Part shown: positions 43,918 to 54,812 of the stretch, piece by piece
How the letters are laid out: every line of letters starts with the position of its first letter
How positions within the stretch are numbered: position 1 is the stretch's first letter
Assembly: GCA_964016885.1 (NCBI GenBank)
Contig: OZ024741.1
Coordinates: 291,896,001-291,960,000, forward strand
From: Eledone cirrhosa
Lineage: Eukaryota
Direction: 5' to 3'
Length of the DNA stretch: 64,000 nt
Made by a program: the position numbers and the translations under genes
Notes under the pieces: model-generated
Databases searched by the model: none
What the model saw: only the letters and a program-made list of their open reading frames with translations
Told to the model about the DNA's origin: nothing

Positions 43918-46596
43918 ATGGATAAACTGGCAACCTTAGCGTCACTGAAGGACATCCCCCTACCTGATAAACGAGAATACACCAGTGATCTCATCAAGAG
44001 TACGGACTCCCTCATCCGTAGGATGAGATGGAAGGCGTTCCACTTCGAAAGAGGAACGCAGAAAACTACAAACACAGAAAACATGGAGTACCTTTTTCGA
44101 TCAAGGAGGAATCCCCCCCATAACAGACTAATGGAGGAGTTTGAAAACGAGATGATTAACATCATATCCAACCTCAAATTCTCCGGAAACCCAACCAGAA
44201 GTCAGGAGTACCTCAGACACCTGAGAAACCGGATTACAGTACTTAAAGGGACAACTGGAATACTTGTCCATGCTGACAAAACAAACAACCTCTACAACAT
44301 GAACACTGAACTGTACAATAAGCTAATCCCCAGGGAACTGAGGAAGTGCTACAAAAAAACACCTGGATTTACCCTGGATGAGATCAATGCCACAGCTTAC
44401 AGGATTATATCCAGAATCGGCATAGAGGACAGGACGGCCCCATACCAACCAAGGGAGCCGCGGATTACCCTTAAAGACCACAAGTCAAACTTTGAGTCCG
44501 ACCTCCCTGTCAGACTAATAGCCCCCTCCAGATCTGACCTAGGGATCGTCAGTAAAAGAATACTGGATAGGATTTTGCCCAAGCTTCGGAAAAAAACCAA
44601 ATTACAGCAATGGTCATGCACGAGAGAAGTAATAGAATGGTTCAAAATACTGCAGGAGAAAAGTAGGACCAGCTTTATACAACTGGACATCGCAAGCTAC
44701 TACTCCTCAATCTCACCCATAGTACTTAATAAGGCCCTATTTTTAGCGATGTCCAATACGGACCTAACCCGAGAGGAGGTGAGCATCATCCACGCCGCAA
44801 GAAAGACCTTAATCCACTTCGATGGAGACCTGTGGACCAGGAGTGATTGGCCAAATAACTTTGACATCACGATGGGCTCCAGCGACTCAGCGCAGGTAAC
44901 GGACCTGGTTGGGCTCTACCTGCTGAAGCAGATAAAAGATGAAATCCCCTGCCTGGGCGGCGGATTATATCGTGACGATGCTCTATTCACAGTACATGAC
45001 CACAGCACCAATATGTTGGAGGGTATGAGGAGGCGTATTCGCCATTTCTTTAAGAACCAGGGGCTCAGCATAGAAATAGACCCAAATAGGAAGGTAGTTA
45101 ACTTCCTAGATACCACCCTAAACCTGAACACCGAGCAATACTACCCCTACCACAAGCCCAACGAGAAACTAGTATATGTTAACGCCAAATCAAACCACCC
45201 TAGATCCATAACCAAGGCAGTGGTGAAGAGTGTCTCGGACAGGATCTCCAGCCTGTCCGCAAGTAAGGAAATATTCAACAACCACGCGGAATATTACAAC
45301 GCAGCTCTAAAGAAGGCGGCACATGGACAAAATATAACATATAGTCCGAAAAGCCGGGAGGTGGATAGCCCAACAGACACCCACAACCGCGTTACCAGAG
45401 GGGGGAGGGCGAACCCTAACAATACAGGCAGAGCAAAATCAAATAAGCACCATGTACCAGACACCACCACATGGGCGGCGGGGACTAGTGCGCTTGACCA
45501 CGAGATGGAGCACAATATGAGTAGCAGTCTCAGGCGTGATGCTAACTACCCCAGGACGGACAACCCCAACCGCAGGACACGTGGGGGGGGAGGAAACGGG
45601 CGACCACCCCACGATGGATCTCCCGGGGCAGACAACAACCACCCCACAAATCCGGACCGTGAAGATAACAGAAAGTATAGAGCCCAAAAGGGAAGCAACA
45701 GTGCGGAAACCACCAGCAAACCAACAAATCTCCAACAAATCACGAAGCCCCCAACCCACACATATAGGAGGAGACACCGACAAATCACGTGGTACAACCC
45801 ACCCTACTCAGCGGCCCTAAAGAAAAGCTTGGCCCGATTGTTCTTTGGAGCACTTGACAAATGCTTCCCGAGGGACCACGGATACCACAGGATCTTCAAC
45901 AGACACACTGTGAAACTTTCGTATTCCACCACGAGAAATTTGGCCCAACACATAGCTAGCATCAACAGAAGTAGGCTTAAAAACCACACACAACCAGAAG
46001 ATGGCAATACAAACACTCAGCAGAACCATGTGAAAGGAAGAAAGGGGGGACCCAGAGCCCACCCAAGAAACACAAACAGACCCAAGGACCCCCCACCGAG
46101 CATGGGGGAAGACCAACATGTAACACATAATGAGAACCCTAATCTAAGCACGCAGAGGCCGCCCACCCTCTGCAACTGTAGAAACCCCGAATCATGCCCC
46201 CTTGGTAATGAATGTCTCAAGAAGAACATAGTGTACGGTTGTAGGGTTAAAACCCCCAACTCCGAACACCTCTACATAGGAGCCACATCAACGAGCTTTA
46301 AGGACCGCTGGTACAACCATCGCCATTCATTCAAGAAGGAGGCCAAAAGGAAAAGCACAGCTCTCTCCGACCTGATCTGGAAGCTTAAGCTGGACAGGAC
46401 CCCATACTCTCTGGCCTGGTACATAATCAGGAAAGTACCACCCGATAAAGGGGGATCTTGCATATGCAAACTATGCCTGAACGAGACCCTCGAGATACTA
46501 AGAGGTGGAAGCGGCCTGATAAACCTCAGAACCGACTTCTTCGGGACATGCAGACACCTTAGAGCCGGGACCTTTCTCAAAATATATGGACAGTAG
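43918..46596 (+). CDS. PLE polyprotein: reverse transcriptase + C-terminal GIY-YIG endonuclease (892 aa)
   Basis: FIQLDIASYYSSI (motif A), TMGSSDSAQVTDLVG (B'), GLYRDDAL (C), VNFLDTTL, YHKPN..YVNAKSNHP (thumb), CNCRNPESCPL..C, IVY..LYIGAT..R..H, CKLCLNE, CRH; no stops. Confidence 0.97.
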   Translation: MDKLATLASLKDIPLPDKREYTSDLIKSTDSLIRRMRWKAFHFERGTQKTTNTENMEYLFRSRRNPPHNRLMEEFENEMINIISNLKFSGNPTRSQEYLRHLRNRITVLKGTTGILVHADKTNNLYNMNTELYNKLIPRELRKCYKKTPGFTLDEINATAYRIISRIGIEDRTAPYQPREPRITLKDHKSNFESDLPVRLIAPSRSDLGIVSKRILDRILPKLRKKTKLQQWSCTREVIEWFKILQEKSRTSFIQLDIASYYSSISPIVLNKALFLAMSNTDLTREEVSIIHAARKTLIHFDGDLWTRSDWPNNFDITMGSSDSAQVTDLVGLYLLKQIKDEIPCLGGGLYRDDALFTVHDHSTNMLEGMRRRIRHFFKNQGLSIEIDPNRKVVNFLDTTLNLNTEQYYPYHKPNEKLVYVNAKSNHPRSITKAVVKSVSDRISSLSASKEIFNNHAEYYNAALKKAAHGQNITYSPKSREVDSPTDTHNRVTRGGRANPNNTGRAKSNKHHVPDTTTWAAGTSALDHEMEHNMSSSLRRDANYPRTDNPNRRTRGGGGNGRPPHDGSPGADNNHPTNPDREDNRKYRAQKGSNSAETTSKPTNLQQITKPPTHTYRRRHRQITWYNPPYSAALKKSLARLFFGALDKCFPRDHGYHRIFNRHTVKLSYSTTRNLAQHIASINRSRLKNHTQPEDGNTNTQQNHVKGRKGGPRAHPRNTNRPKDPPPSMGEDQHVTHNENPNLSTQRPPTLCNCRNPESCPLGNECLKKNIVYGCRVKTPNSEHLYIGATSTSFKDRWYNHRHSFKKEAKRKSTALSDLIWKLKLDRTPYSLAWYIIRKVPPDKGGSCICKLCLNETLEILRGGSGLINLRTDFFGTCRHLRAGTFLKIYGQ

Positions 46597-47785
46597 CAAC
46601 ACAAGAAGATGTGAACTCCCCTCAAGCTATAGGGACTTCTACAGAACATGAAAACACCTCTCGGCCAGACCTCCCTCAAGCTATATGGACAATTACAACA
46701 CCCTAGGTTGTGAACTCCCCTCAAGCCATAGGGAACAACCCAGGCGGAGCAGACACCATGATAGCCTAGAGACAGAATCGGACACAGCCATAATAATCTG
46801 GCCAACATCTATAACACAAACACTTTTAATTTACCAGATTTCTGACTTTAAAGTTCCAATCTTAAATCTTGATTTCTCTTTATTAATTTGTTATTTGTTT
46901 TCTGCCCTCTTCACTGTATAACCTTATATTTATATCTATTTTAAGTTGAGATAGATTATAACACAATCACATTGAATATCTCATCTTAACATCTTGTATC
47001 ATACCAATCTATCCAACATATTCTGACCTTGAGATTGGTTATAGCACACACACACACACTTTATCCTACATTATTTCTCACTTCTCCATATACATTATCA
47101 TTACTTTTTCACCAATCTCTCATTTACTCTTTATTCTTTATTCTCTATTTATTTATTTATTTTCAAATTACACAAATTATATTAATTATTTTATTTTATT
47201 ATATTATTTATTTATCTTCTGTTTTCTTCATTTATTGCCTTATATTTCTTCATATACATGAAATAACCCCCCCCCCCGCCACCACCACTACGATGGTGGC
47301 GGGTGGGATGAAGAGAAAACACAAACTGAATACTTCTAAACTGTTAGCAGCAGCAAGATATAAGCTGACCACTACAACAACAACAGTACCAAAATAATGG
47401 TCGAGGTCAAATGTACTGAACAATAGCAGGCATAAACACTACAGGGAGCCTCACCCCAGAAAGAATTCTATAGACTTCTGACTGAGGAATGCTCTCAGAA
47501 CTGAACAATGGGAAGTTTGACACATTTTTTGATATTTTGTTCCTTCAACACCTTGTCCCTTCTACCATTTTATCAATTTTTAAGCTAACTCCAACAATGA
47601 CAACACTAATAACTGACCAATGAGAGGAGAAGGGGACCTGTGACACTAAAATTCGTTTGTTTGAATTCATATGACTCCAGTTCCCCAGTGAATTAACAAC
47701 CCAACAAGGAACTGGGCATATCAGAGTATTGACAATATCATACACCTAAACAACATATGTACTTGTCTATACCATACTAATTCAA

Positions 47786-47840
47786 ACTGCCTGAAGAGGT
47801 CACAGCCAAAGATGGCTGTCACTGAAATATATATAGCAGT
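47786..47840 (+). ncRNA. Minimal type I HHR in PLE 3' pseudo-LTR
   Basis: ACTGC CTGAAGA GGTCACAGCCA aaga TGGCTGTCACT GAAA T ATAT A TA^GCAGT; predicted cut after 47835. Confidence 0.88.
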
Positions 47841-48001
47841 AATAAACGAAGCTAAATTTTAATCATTTGACTTTTATTTAACTTTATTTTACACTACTCC
47901 GGAGTAACCAAACCAACCTGCGCACTTCGTCGAGTGCTCCAGCCTGCATACTGAGGTGTTGGTATACAACCAACATAAACTCAAAATCTATATATATATA
48001 T

Positions 48002-48810
48002 AAATATAAATTAGCGAGAATCGTATTTCGGTTTTGGAAATTAGCGAAAAACAACTTCCGAGATGTGTGGCAAGCGCTCAATAAATTCTAACGAACCAGA
48101 GCTACAACATACGTTAAAAGGCCAAACACACTGAGGCGATGGTTAAATCATTATCCGCACAGCCATAGAAACCACCAAGTAATTCGGGTCAAACAAATAA
48201 AAAAAATATTTAAAAAATATGATTGAAAAATTTACCCCGACCCCTGGATGGTTGGTGAAAGTCCAGCATTTGGGTTTCTGCGACTCCTAAATCAAGTACT
48301 GTGCGCTGAGACAAATAATGTTAAGCTTCTGGTAAGATGATTGGACAAGGAAGTCACTTTCTCAACAGGCTTTTAGTTCAAGTGCCAGGCCAAGGATTGA
48401 CTGTTGCCATACCCACGTGGGGCTCGACAAGGGAGGCAACCCTTATTTTTGGCGGATGAATTCAGTATATGTATATTATTGCAAAATTGCAAAATATCAC
48501 AAAACGAATTAAGTTCTCAACAGAATAGTTTTAAAGTTAACAAAAGATATTCATCAGTCAATAGAATCAACTAAAAAAATCAAGAAAATTAACTGGTCAA
48601 TAGCTAGACTCTGGAGATTAATACAAATATAAATTAGCGAGAATCGTATTTCGGCTTTGGAAATTAGCGAAAAACAACTTCCGAGATGTGTGGCAAGCGC
48701 TCAATAAATTCTAACGAACCAGAGCTACAACATACGTTAAAAGGCCAAACACACTGAGGCGATGGTTAAACCATTATCCGGACAGCCAAGTAATTCGGGT
48801 CAAACAAATA
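48002..48810. repeat. ~190-bp direct repeats (48002-48199, 48625-48810), period 623 bp
   Basis: Near identical apart from a 12-bp indel; diverged relative at ~21570-21690. Confidence 0.9.
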
Positions 48811-49153
48811 CAAGATGTCTTCTCTTATCTCCTATTTCTATCTATCTCTCAAACTCACTCACAATAGCTTAAACAAATACAGGCTTTCAAAAATCACTCT
48901 CTTTCTCCCCAAATCCCTTCCTTTATCTGTATCTCCCTCACTCCCACTTTAGTTCTCATCACCTCTCTCTACCACTCTTCGCACTGCTTCTGACATATAT
49001 TCTAAGGACATTAATACATTTAAAATGACGTTTCTTCTCTAATTATTTTAACAATGCAGAAAATCATCCATTGGCTCTCACACTGTCTACATTGCATTCT
49101 TTCTTATAGTCATTCCAGTTATCTTTCACACATTCTCCCATTTCTCACTCACA

Positions 49154-49329
<176 letters not shown>

Positions 49330-49364
49330 ATATATATATATATAAATATATATATAAATATATA

Positions 49365-50060
49365 TATAAATGAAAAGTATAGAAATTATTATGAGCAAGA
49401 AGCACATAGTATTTCATAATATATAAGTGACTATAGCGTCAAAATGGGAAAATATTTAACGTAAGATGTGGGAAAAATAATTCAAACTCAATTCAAAAAG
49501 AATCAGGATATAGATTAATCCAACAGAATTTAGTGAAATCCAGGGAAAAATCAATAGAGCCTTAACTCATCACAAAATAAAGTTTTAAATACTCATCCTT
49601 CAATTTGTAAAAAACTACAAATGCTCTGTATAGTCTTGAAAATACTATTTCACGAAACTTTCAGTGGGCATGGTCACGGTTGGATCCGATCATCAGCAGA
49701 GCTCAACACGATAACCAAAATCTCACTGATTATAATATGCCAAAAAGGGAATTTAAAAGCAGGCTAGTTCAACATCATGCGTAATTATGAAAATAAAACG
49801 CACATGTGGAGACAGGACTGGTGACGGCAGAATGAGACGAATGTTTGTTTACATGAAATAACAGTAAAAAACATTCCGGAAAAAAACTCTACAATAAGGA
49901 GTTCAGCAAAAAGCAATATTATCGCGTTTTTTTTTTAAAAGACCGGGATTTGTCACAAATAATTTAAGCACTCTAGGAAAGAAATCCGAGTATAAATATA
50001 AATGAAAAGTATAGAAATTATTATGAGCAAGAAGCACATAGTATTTCATAATATATAAGT
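49365..50060. repeat. 64-bp perfect direct repeats (49365-49428, 49997-50060), period 632 bp, bounded by (TA)n
   Basis: tataaatgaaaagtatagaaattattatgagcaagaagcacatagtatttcataatatataagt twice. Confidence 0.92.
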
Positions 50061-50341
50061 ATATATATATATATATATATATGAGAGTATTGAAGTTTGC
50101 TTGAAGCATTGTGGAATAATAAGGTAAATTTCTTTAAGTCGTTTGGAAGCCTCGACAATGCAGATGGGTAAATCTCCGGGTAACAAGATCCGGTGGTGGA
50201 GAGAGAGATGTAAGTGGGTGTACGTTGAGATGCGTGGCGTGTATAAGACTGTAGCGTGTAGGGGAATGAAGGAAAGAGCGTAAAGGATAAACATAAAAAT
50301 AACAACACGAGAAAGAGTTACCTTGGGAGAGATTTATTTGT

Positions 50342-50377
50342 CCCTATATATTTCGGATTCACATCCATCAACTGGGG
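50342..50377 (-). ncRNA. Decayed minimal HHR
   Basis: CCC CAGTTGA t GGAT gtga ATCC GAAA TATA TA^GGG: stems intact, two core substitutions versus CTGATGA. Confidence 0.6.
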
Positions 50378-50546
50378 TTTTTTCCGGGAGGGGTATATAT
50401 ATATATATATATATATATATGTAGGAGGTGAGTTTTATTGCAGTACAATAAAGCAATGCAGATATCGGATAAGAAGCACTCTACAGTTTGTGGGACTGGA
50501 GTATACATAATATATAAGAACAAAAGATGGTTAAAGGAGTTCCATG

Positions 50547-50617
50547 TATTTTATTATGCGCATTTCAAAAACAAATATCATCATGCAATAATATTTGTGT
50601 TTTCATCAGATAAAACA
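50547..50617 (-). ncRNA. Minimal type I HHR (left arm)
   Basis: Mirror of 50741-50811. Confidence 0.88.
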
Positions 50618-50740
50618 GGAGGACATGATATGAAGGCTAAAAAACACTTGTGGATAGTTCAGTTTTAAATCAACATATGATATGTTGATTTAAAACTGAA
50701 CTATCCACAAGTGTTTTTTAGCCTTCATATCATGTCCTCC

Positions 50741-50811
50741 TGTTTTATCTGATGAAAACACAAATATTATTGCATGATGATATTTGTTTTTGAAATGCGC
50801 ATAATAAAATA
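50741..50811 (+). ncRNA. Minimal type I HHR with ~16-bp stem II (right arm)
   Basis: TGTTTTAT CTGATGA aaacacaaatattatt gcat gatgatatttgttttt GAAA T GCGC A TA^ATAAAATA. Confidence 0.88.
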
Positions 50812-50839
50812 CATGGAACTCCTTTAACCATCTTTTGTT

Positions 50840-50877
<38 letters not shown>

Positions 50878-51174
50878 AGTTAATATAAATTAATATATTT
50901 GATAAACACAAATACCAACATATCAGTGTTTGTATTGTAAATGACTAAGTGAGCTAGATTGAAAAATACTAATTATAATAATACAGTTTACCTGTCTCGA
51001 TTTAAAATAATAAATCAATAAAAACAAAGCATATTGGCAAATGGCCGTGGTGCTTGGACAAATTTAAATTTCAAAATCAAACCTGTTCCGTAGACAGGTC
51101 TAAACCTTAAAATCCAAATAAGTTTCGAAAAATGAAAAAGTGAAAAAATACCGCATTTCTATCTCCTCAGCATA

Positions 51175-51460
51175 TGGGGGCTTAATATGGGGGCTTAATT
51201 TACAGATTATACATTTCTTATCTATACAGGGAGGTCTTTGAAAAGGGTATGTCTTGCTAATATGTGTTTTTATGGAGTTACCTGGTCTTTCTACTATCTT
51301 AATATTGAGTTTATGTTTATCTAGGGCCCTTCTAAATGTGTAAGCTAATTCACCTTTAGGGGTTGTATCGATGAACATTACACTCTGGTATTTATTGCTA
51401 TCATACCATGAGTTTATTCTATTAGCCTTATTCCTAGTTCTTTCTATTCTATTCCAAAAT
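51175..51460 (-). pseudogene. PLE ORF fragment (RT-endonuclease linker) of a further lineage
   Basis: SWYDSNKYQSVMFIDTTPKGEL..IKIVERPGNSIK..KTYPF..CIDKKCIICK, resembling a PLE linker/Cys motif; judged from memory of the family. Confidence 0.65.
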
Positions 51461-51499
51461 CTACACACAGAAAAGTCGCAATGTTTAGACAAATCACAG

Positions 51500-51975
51500 A
51501 GGCAATAAACATAAATGAATTACAACCAAAATTAAATAGAAAACATAAGTGGAACAGCAACATCACAACTTACAATTAAGGACAAAATGAAAACACACAC
51601 GCACATAGAACAAACAACAACCAGTAACATGTAAATAAACAAATAAATAAACGAATATAAACACACACAGACACCCAGGTGTAACACATGCACAAACTAA
51701 GCACACAGCACACACACAAAAAGAAGATGGCGTAGGACAGAACAAAGGAGAGGCACAAAACAAAGAAAAGAATCCCCAGTCACTGAAGAGGTCACATAAT
51801 GTGTGACGAAAAAACTTTGACAATATATAAACAACCATCTGGTTGTGGAACCAACCAACCAACCGGAAATTATAAATTCCTAAATTTATAAATTTATTAT
51901 AATAAATTGAAGCGAAAGCGACTGGTGCGTGTGTTTCTTATTGGCAACATGACCCTCCCAAAGTATAACAATATC
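51500..51975 (+). mobile_element. PLE pseudo-LTR-like segment with HHR at 51779-51821
   Basis: GTCA CTGAAGA g GTCACA taatg TGTGAC GAAA aaac TT^TGAC; homologous to 15000-15483; head-to-head with the ORF fragment. Confidence 0.72.
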
Positions 51976-52040
51976 GGTTTCAACACACGTTTTCAGATAA
52001 AGAATCTTGCTAAACAAATTCAGAAACGAAATATATATAT

Positions 52041-52124
<84 letters not shown>

Positions 52125-52497
52125 ACATGCACAAACAAATGTATACACACACAGTGGTAAGAAACTCTCAGGAGAGCGGGGCAGCAGGTCTTTAGAGAAA
52201 AACTGTCGCTCAACAGTTCAAGGGCCGAAACACCAACTTCTTGGAGGGGAGGTCCCTTCTCTGAAGGCCTTCTGCTGTTCAGCTCTTACCACTAAGACCG
52301 AAGAGACCACTAATCATGGGAGTACTCAATGCATGGAGATATGCAGAATGGATATAGAGATATGTAAAATTACGACTTGAACGTTCAGCAAGACTTTAAA
52401 CATATATATAAATTGTTGAAAAGGTTTGCTGAACACACAAGCCGAATCAGGTTAACACTGCGGTCGGGATTTTACATCTCTCTCTCTCTCTCTCTCT

Positions 52498-52552
<55 letters not shown>

Positions 52553-52665
52553 TATATGTATATATATGTATATATGTATGTATATATATATATACAATAT
52601 ATATGTGTGTGTGCGCGCGTGTGACATTTTTAACCCACGAAGGTCTCTCTCTCTCTCTCTCTCTT

Positions 52666-52699
<34 letters not shown>

Positions 52700-53163
52700 C
52701 GTGTGCGTGTATGTGTGTTTGTACAAATGTAGAAGGCTTCACTCAGAAAGTTATCTATCAAATCTATAATAAAATATCTCTACTAAATACATATAAATAC
52801 ATATAATGTAGTATAGCAATGACAATTCTACTATAAACCTTCCTGACACTACTGAACTGTGACACACCAGTTGGCAATGGGAGATTTTGTCGTATTTTTC
52901 CCAAATCAGTTATTTTAAAAGCGATAATAGATTTTAAATGGTCTTTTACAAATGGCTGTCTTTTTCTTTTTCATCAAACCATTAATTTTACACAAGAATA
53001 TTTCTCAGTGAACTTCATCAGAAATATATGCCTGTACATACATATATACATATATATACATACAGATAGACGGACACATACAGACATGTAGTCGTAGCTG
53101 TAGCTTAACTCACGTTCGTACACACACATATGCATGTGCATATATATATATTTTTTTCTTCTG

Positions 53164-53260
<97 letters not shown>

Positions 53261-53340
53261 TGTGTGTACATATATAGTCCTTGTCAGGTTTAAAATTTCA
53301 TATTCGACATAAACATTCAATGTGTATAAGTGCGTGTATG

Positions 53341-53390
<50 letters not shown>

Positions 53391-53597
53391 TATGTACACG
53401 TACATACACATATGTATACAGACGTACAGTAGTATGTATATATATATATATATACATACATGCACATATATATATATGTACGTATGGATTCACGGAACAT
53501 TTATTATAATGCTCGGTGTGTTTGTAAACAAACATCCCGTATTAAGCCGTAGTGTCCAGCAACCATCGTTGCTCGTTTGTTCAACACTGACAAAGGA

Positions 53598-53640
53598 ACG
53601 CTGTACTAGTTTCAAGCTTATTAGCTATCGTCAGCAACGT
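53598..53640 (-). ncRNA. Minimal type I HHR (intact)
   Basis: ACGTTG CTGACGA T AGCT aata AGCT T GAAA CTAG TA^CAGCGT. Confidence 0.85.
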
Positions 53641-53959
53641 ATACCTTCCTGCCAGATTGTTGAACGTATATACTTACCTTATGCATATTAACGGCTGAGT
53701 AGCCCAATTTGCATATCGAGTTGGTTAATCGGCTGGGTGCACCGAGAACGGTAAACGGAAAAAATCAAACGAAATTTCATTTCCCACTCTTAGTACGGCT
53801 GTTATTTAAATATAAGTATGTACACGTACATACATATATGTATACAAACGTACAGTAGTATGTATATATATATATACATACATGCACACATATATATATG
53901 CACGTATGGATTCACCGAACATTTATTATAATGCTCAGTGTGTTGTAAACGTAAGGTAT

Positions 53960-54002
53960 ACGTTGCTGACGATAGCTAATAAGCTTGAAACTATTACAGC
54001 GT
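53960..54002 (+). ncRNA. Minimal type I HHR (G>T in stem III)
   Basis: As above but GAAA CTAT TA; predicted cut after 53996. Confidence 0.75.
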
Positions 54003-54383
54003 TCCTTTGTCAGTGTTGAACAAACGAGCAACGATTGTTGCTGGAAACTACGGCTTAATACGGGATGTTTGTTTACAAACACACCGAGCATTATAATAAA
54101 TGTTCGGTTAATCCATACGTGCATATATATCTGTGTGCATGTATGTATGTATATATATATACATACTACTGTACGTCTGTATACATATATGTATGTACGT
54201 GTACATACTTATATTTAAATAACAGCCGTACTAAGAGTGGGAAATGAAATTTCGTTTGATTTTTTCCGTTTACCGTTCTCGGTGCACCCGGCCGATTAAC
54301 CAACTCGATATGTAAATTGGGCTACTCAGCCGTTAATATGCATAAGGTAAGTATATACGTTCAACAATCTGGCAGGAAGGTAT

Positions 54384-54426
54384 ACGTTACTGACGATAGC
54401 TAATAAGCTTGAAACTAGTACAGCGT
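54384..54426 (+). ncRNA. Minimal type I HHR (G>A at base of stem I)
   Basis: ACGTTA CTGACGA TAGCT aata AGCTT GAAA CTAG TA^CAGCGT; predicted cut after 54420. Confidence 0.78.
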
Positions 54427-54748
54427 TACTTTGTCAGTGTTGAACAAACGAGCAACGATGGTTGCTGCACACTACGGCTTAATACGGGATGTTTGTTTAC
54501 AAACACACCGAGCATTATAATAAATGTTCCGTGAATCCATGCGTGCATATATATATGTGTGCATGTATGTATATATATATACATACAACTGTACGTCTGT
54601 ATACATATATGTATGTACGTGTACATACTTATATTTAAGTAACAGCCGTACTAAGAGTGGGAAATGAAATTTCGTTTCATTTTTTCCGTTTATATATATA
54701 TATATATATATGAATGTATATATAATGTATTTCAGAGCTCCAATTCTA

Positions 54749-54812
<64 letters not shown>

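Larger units (their letters stand above)
42203..47991 (+). mobile_element. Complete young Penelope-like element with inverted 5' pseudo-LTR, inserted in (TA)n
   Basis: Intact ORF; 42203-43811 is the reverse complement of 46286-47891; 57-bp direct repeat 43810-43866 = 47935-47991; (TA)n at both ends. Confidence 0.97.
50421..50848. mobile_element. Perfect fold-back insertion (palindrome 50510-50848) with two intact HHRs and an 89-nt tail on the left arm
   Basis: ~168-bp arms with no mismatch seen, centre at 50679; (TA)n both sides. Confidence 0.93.
53387..54692. mobile_element. Retrozyme-like array: 1.3 units on - strand (53387-53950) joined head-to-head to 1.7 units on + strand (53953-54692); unit 424-426 bp
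   Basis: Tandem repeats read directly; one HHR per unit; no meaningful ORF; (TA)n both sides. Confidence 0.9.

Noticed and set aside
52153-52400. Imperfect inverted repeat with GAAAC and GAGTAC
   Set aside because: May be an old fold-back of the same class, but too degenerate to assign arms or a ribozyme
52990-53030. CTGATGA...GAAA on - strand
   Set aside because: Stems I and II do not pair convincingly; compatible with chance
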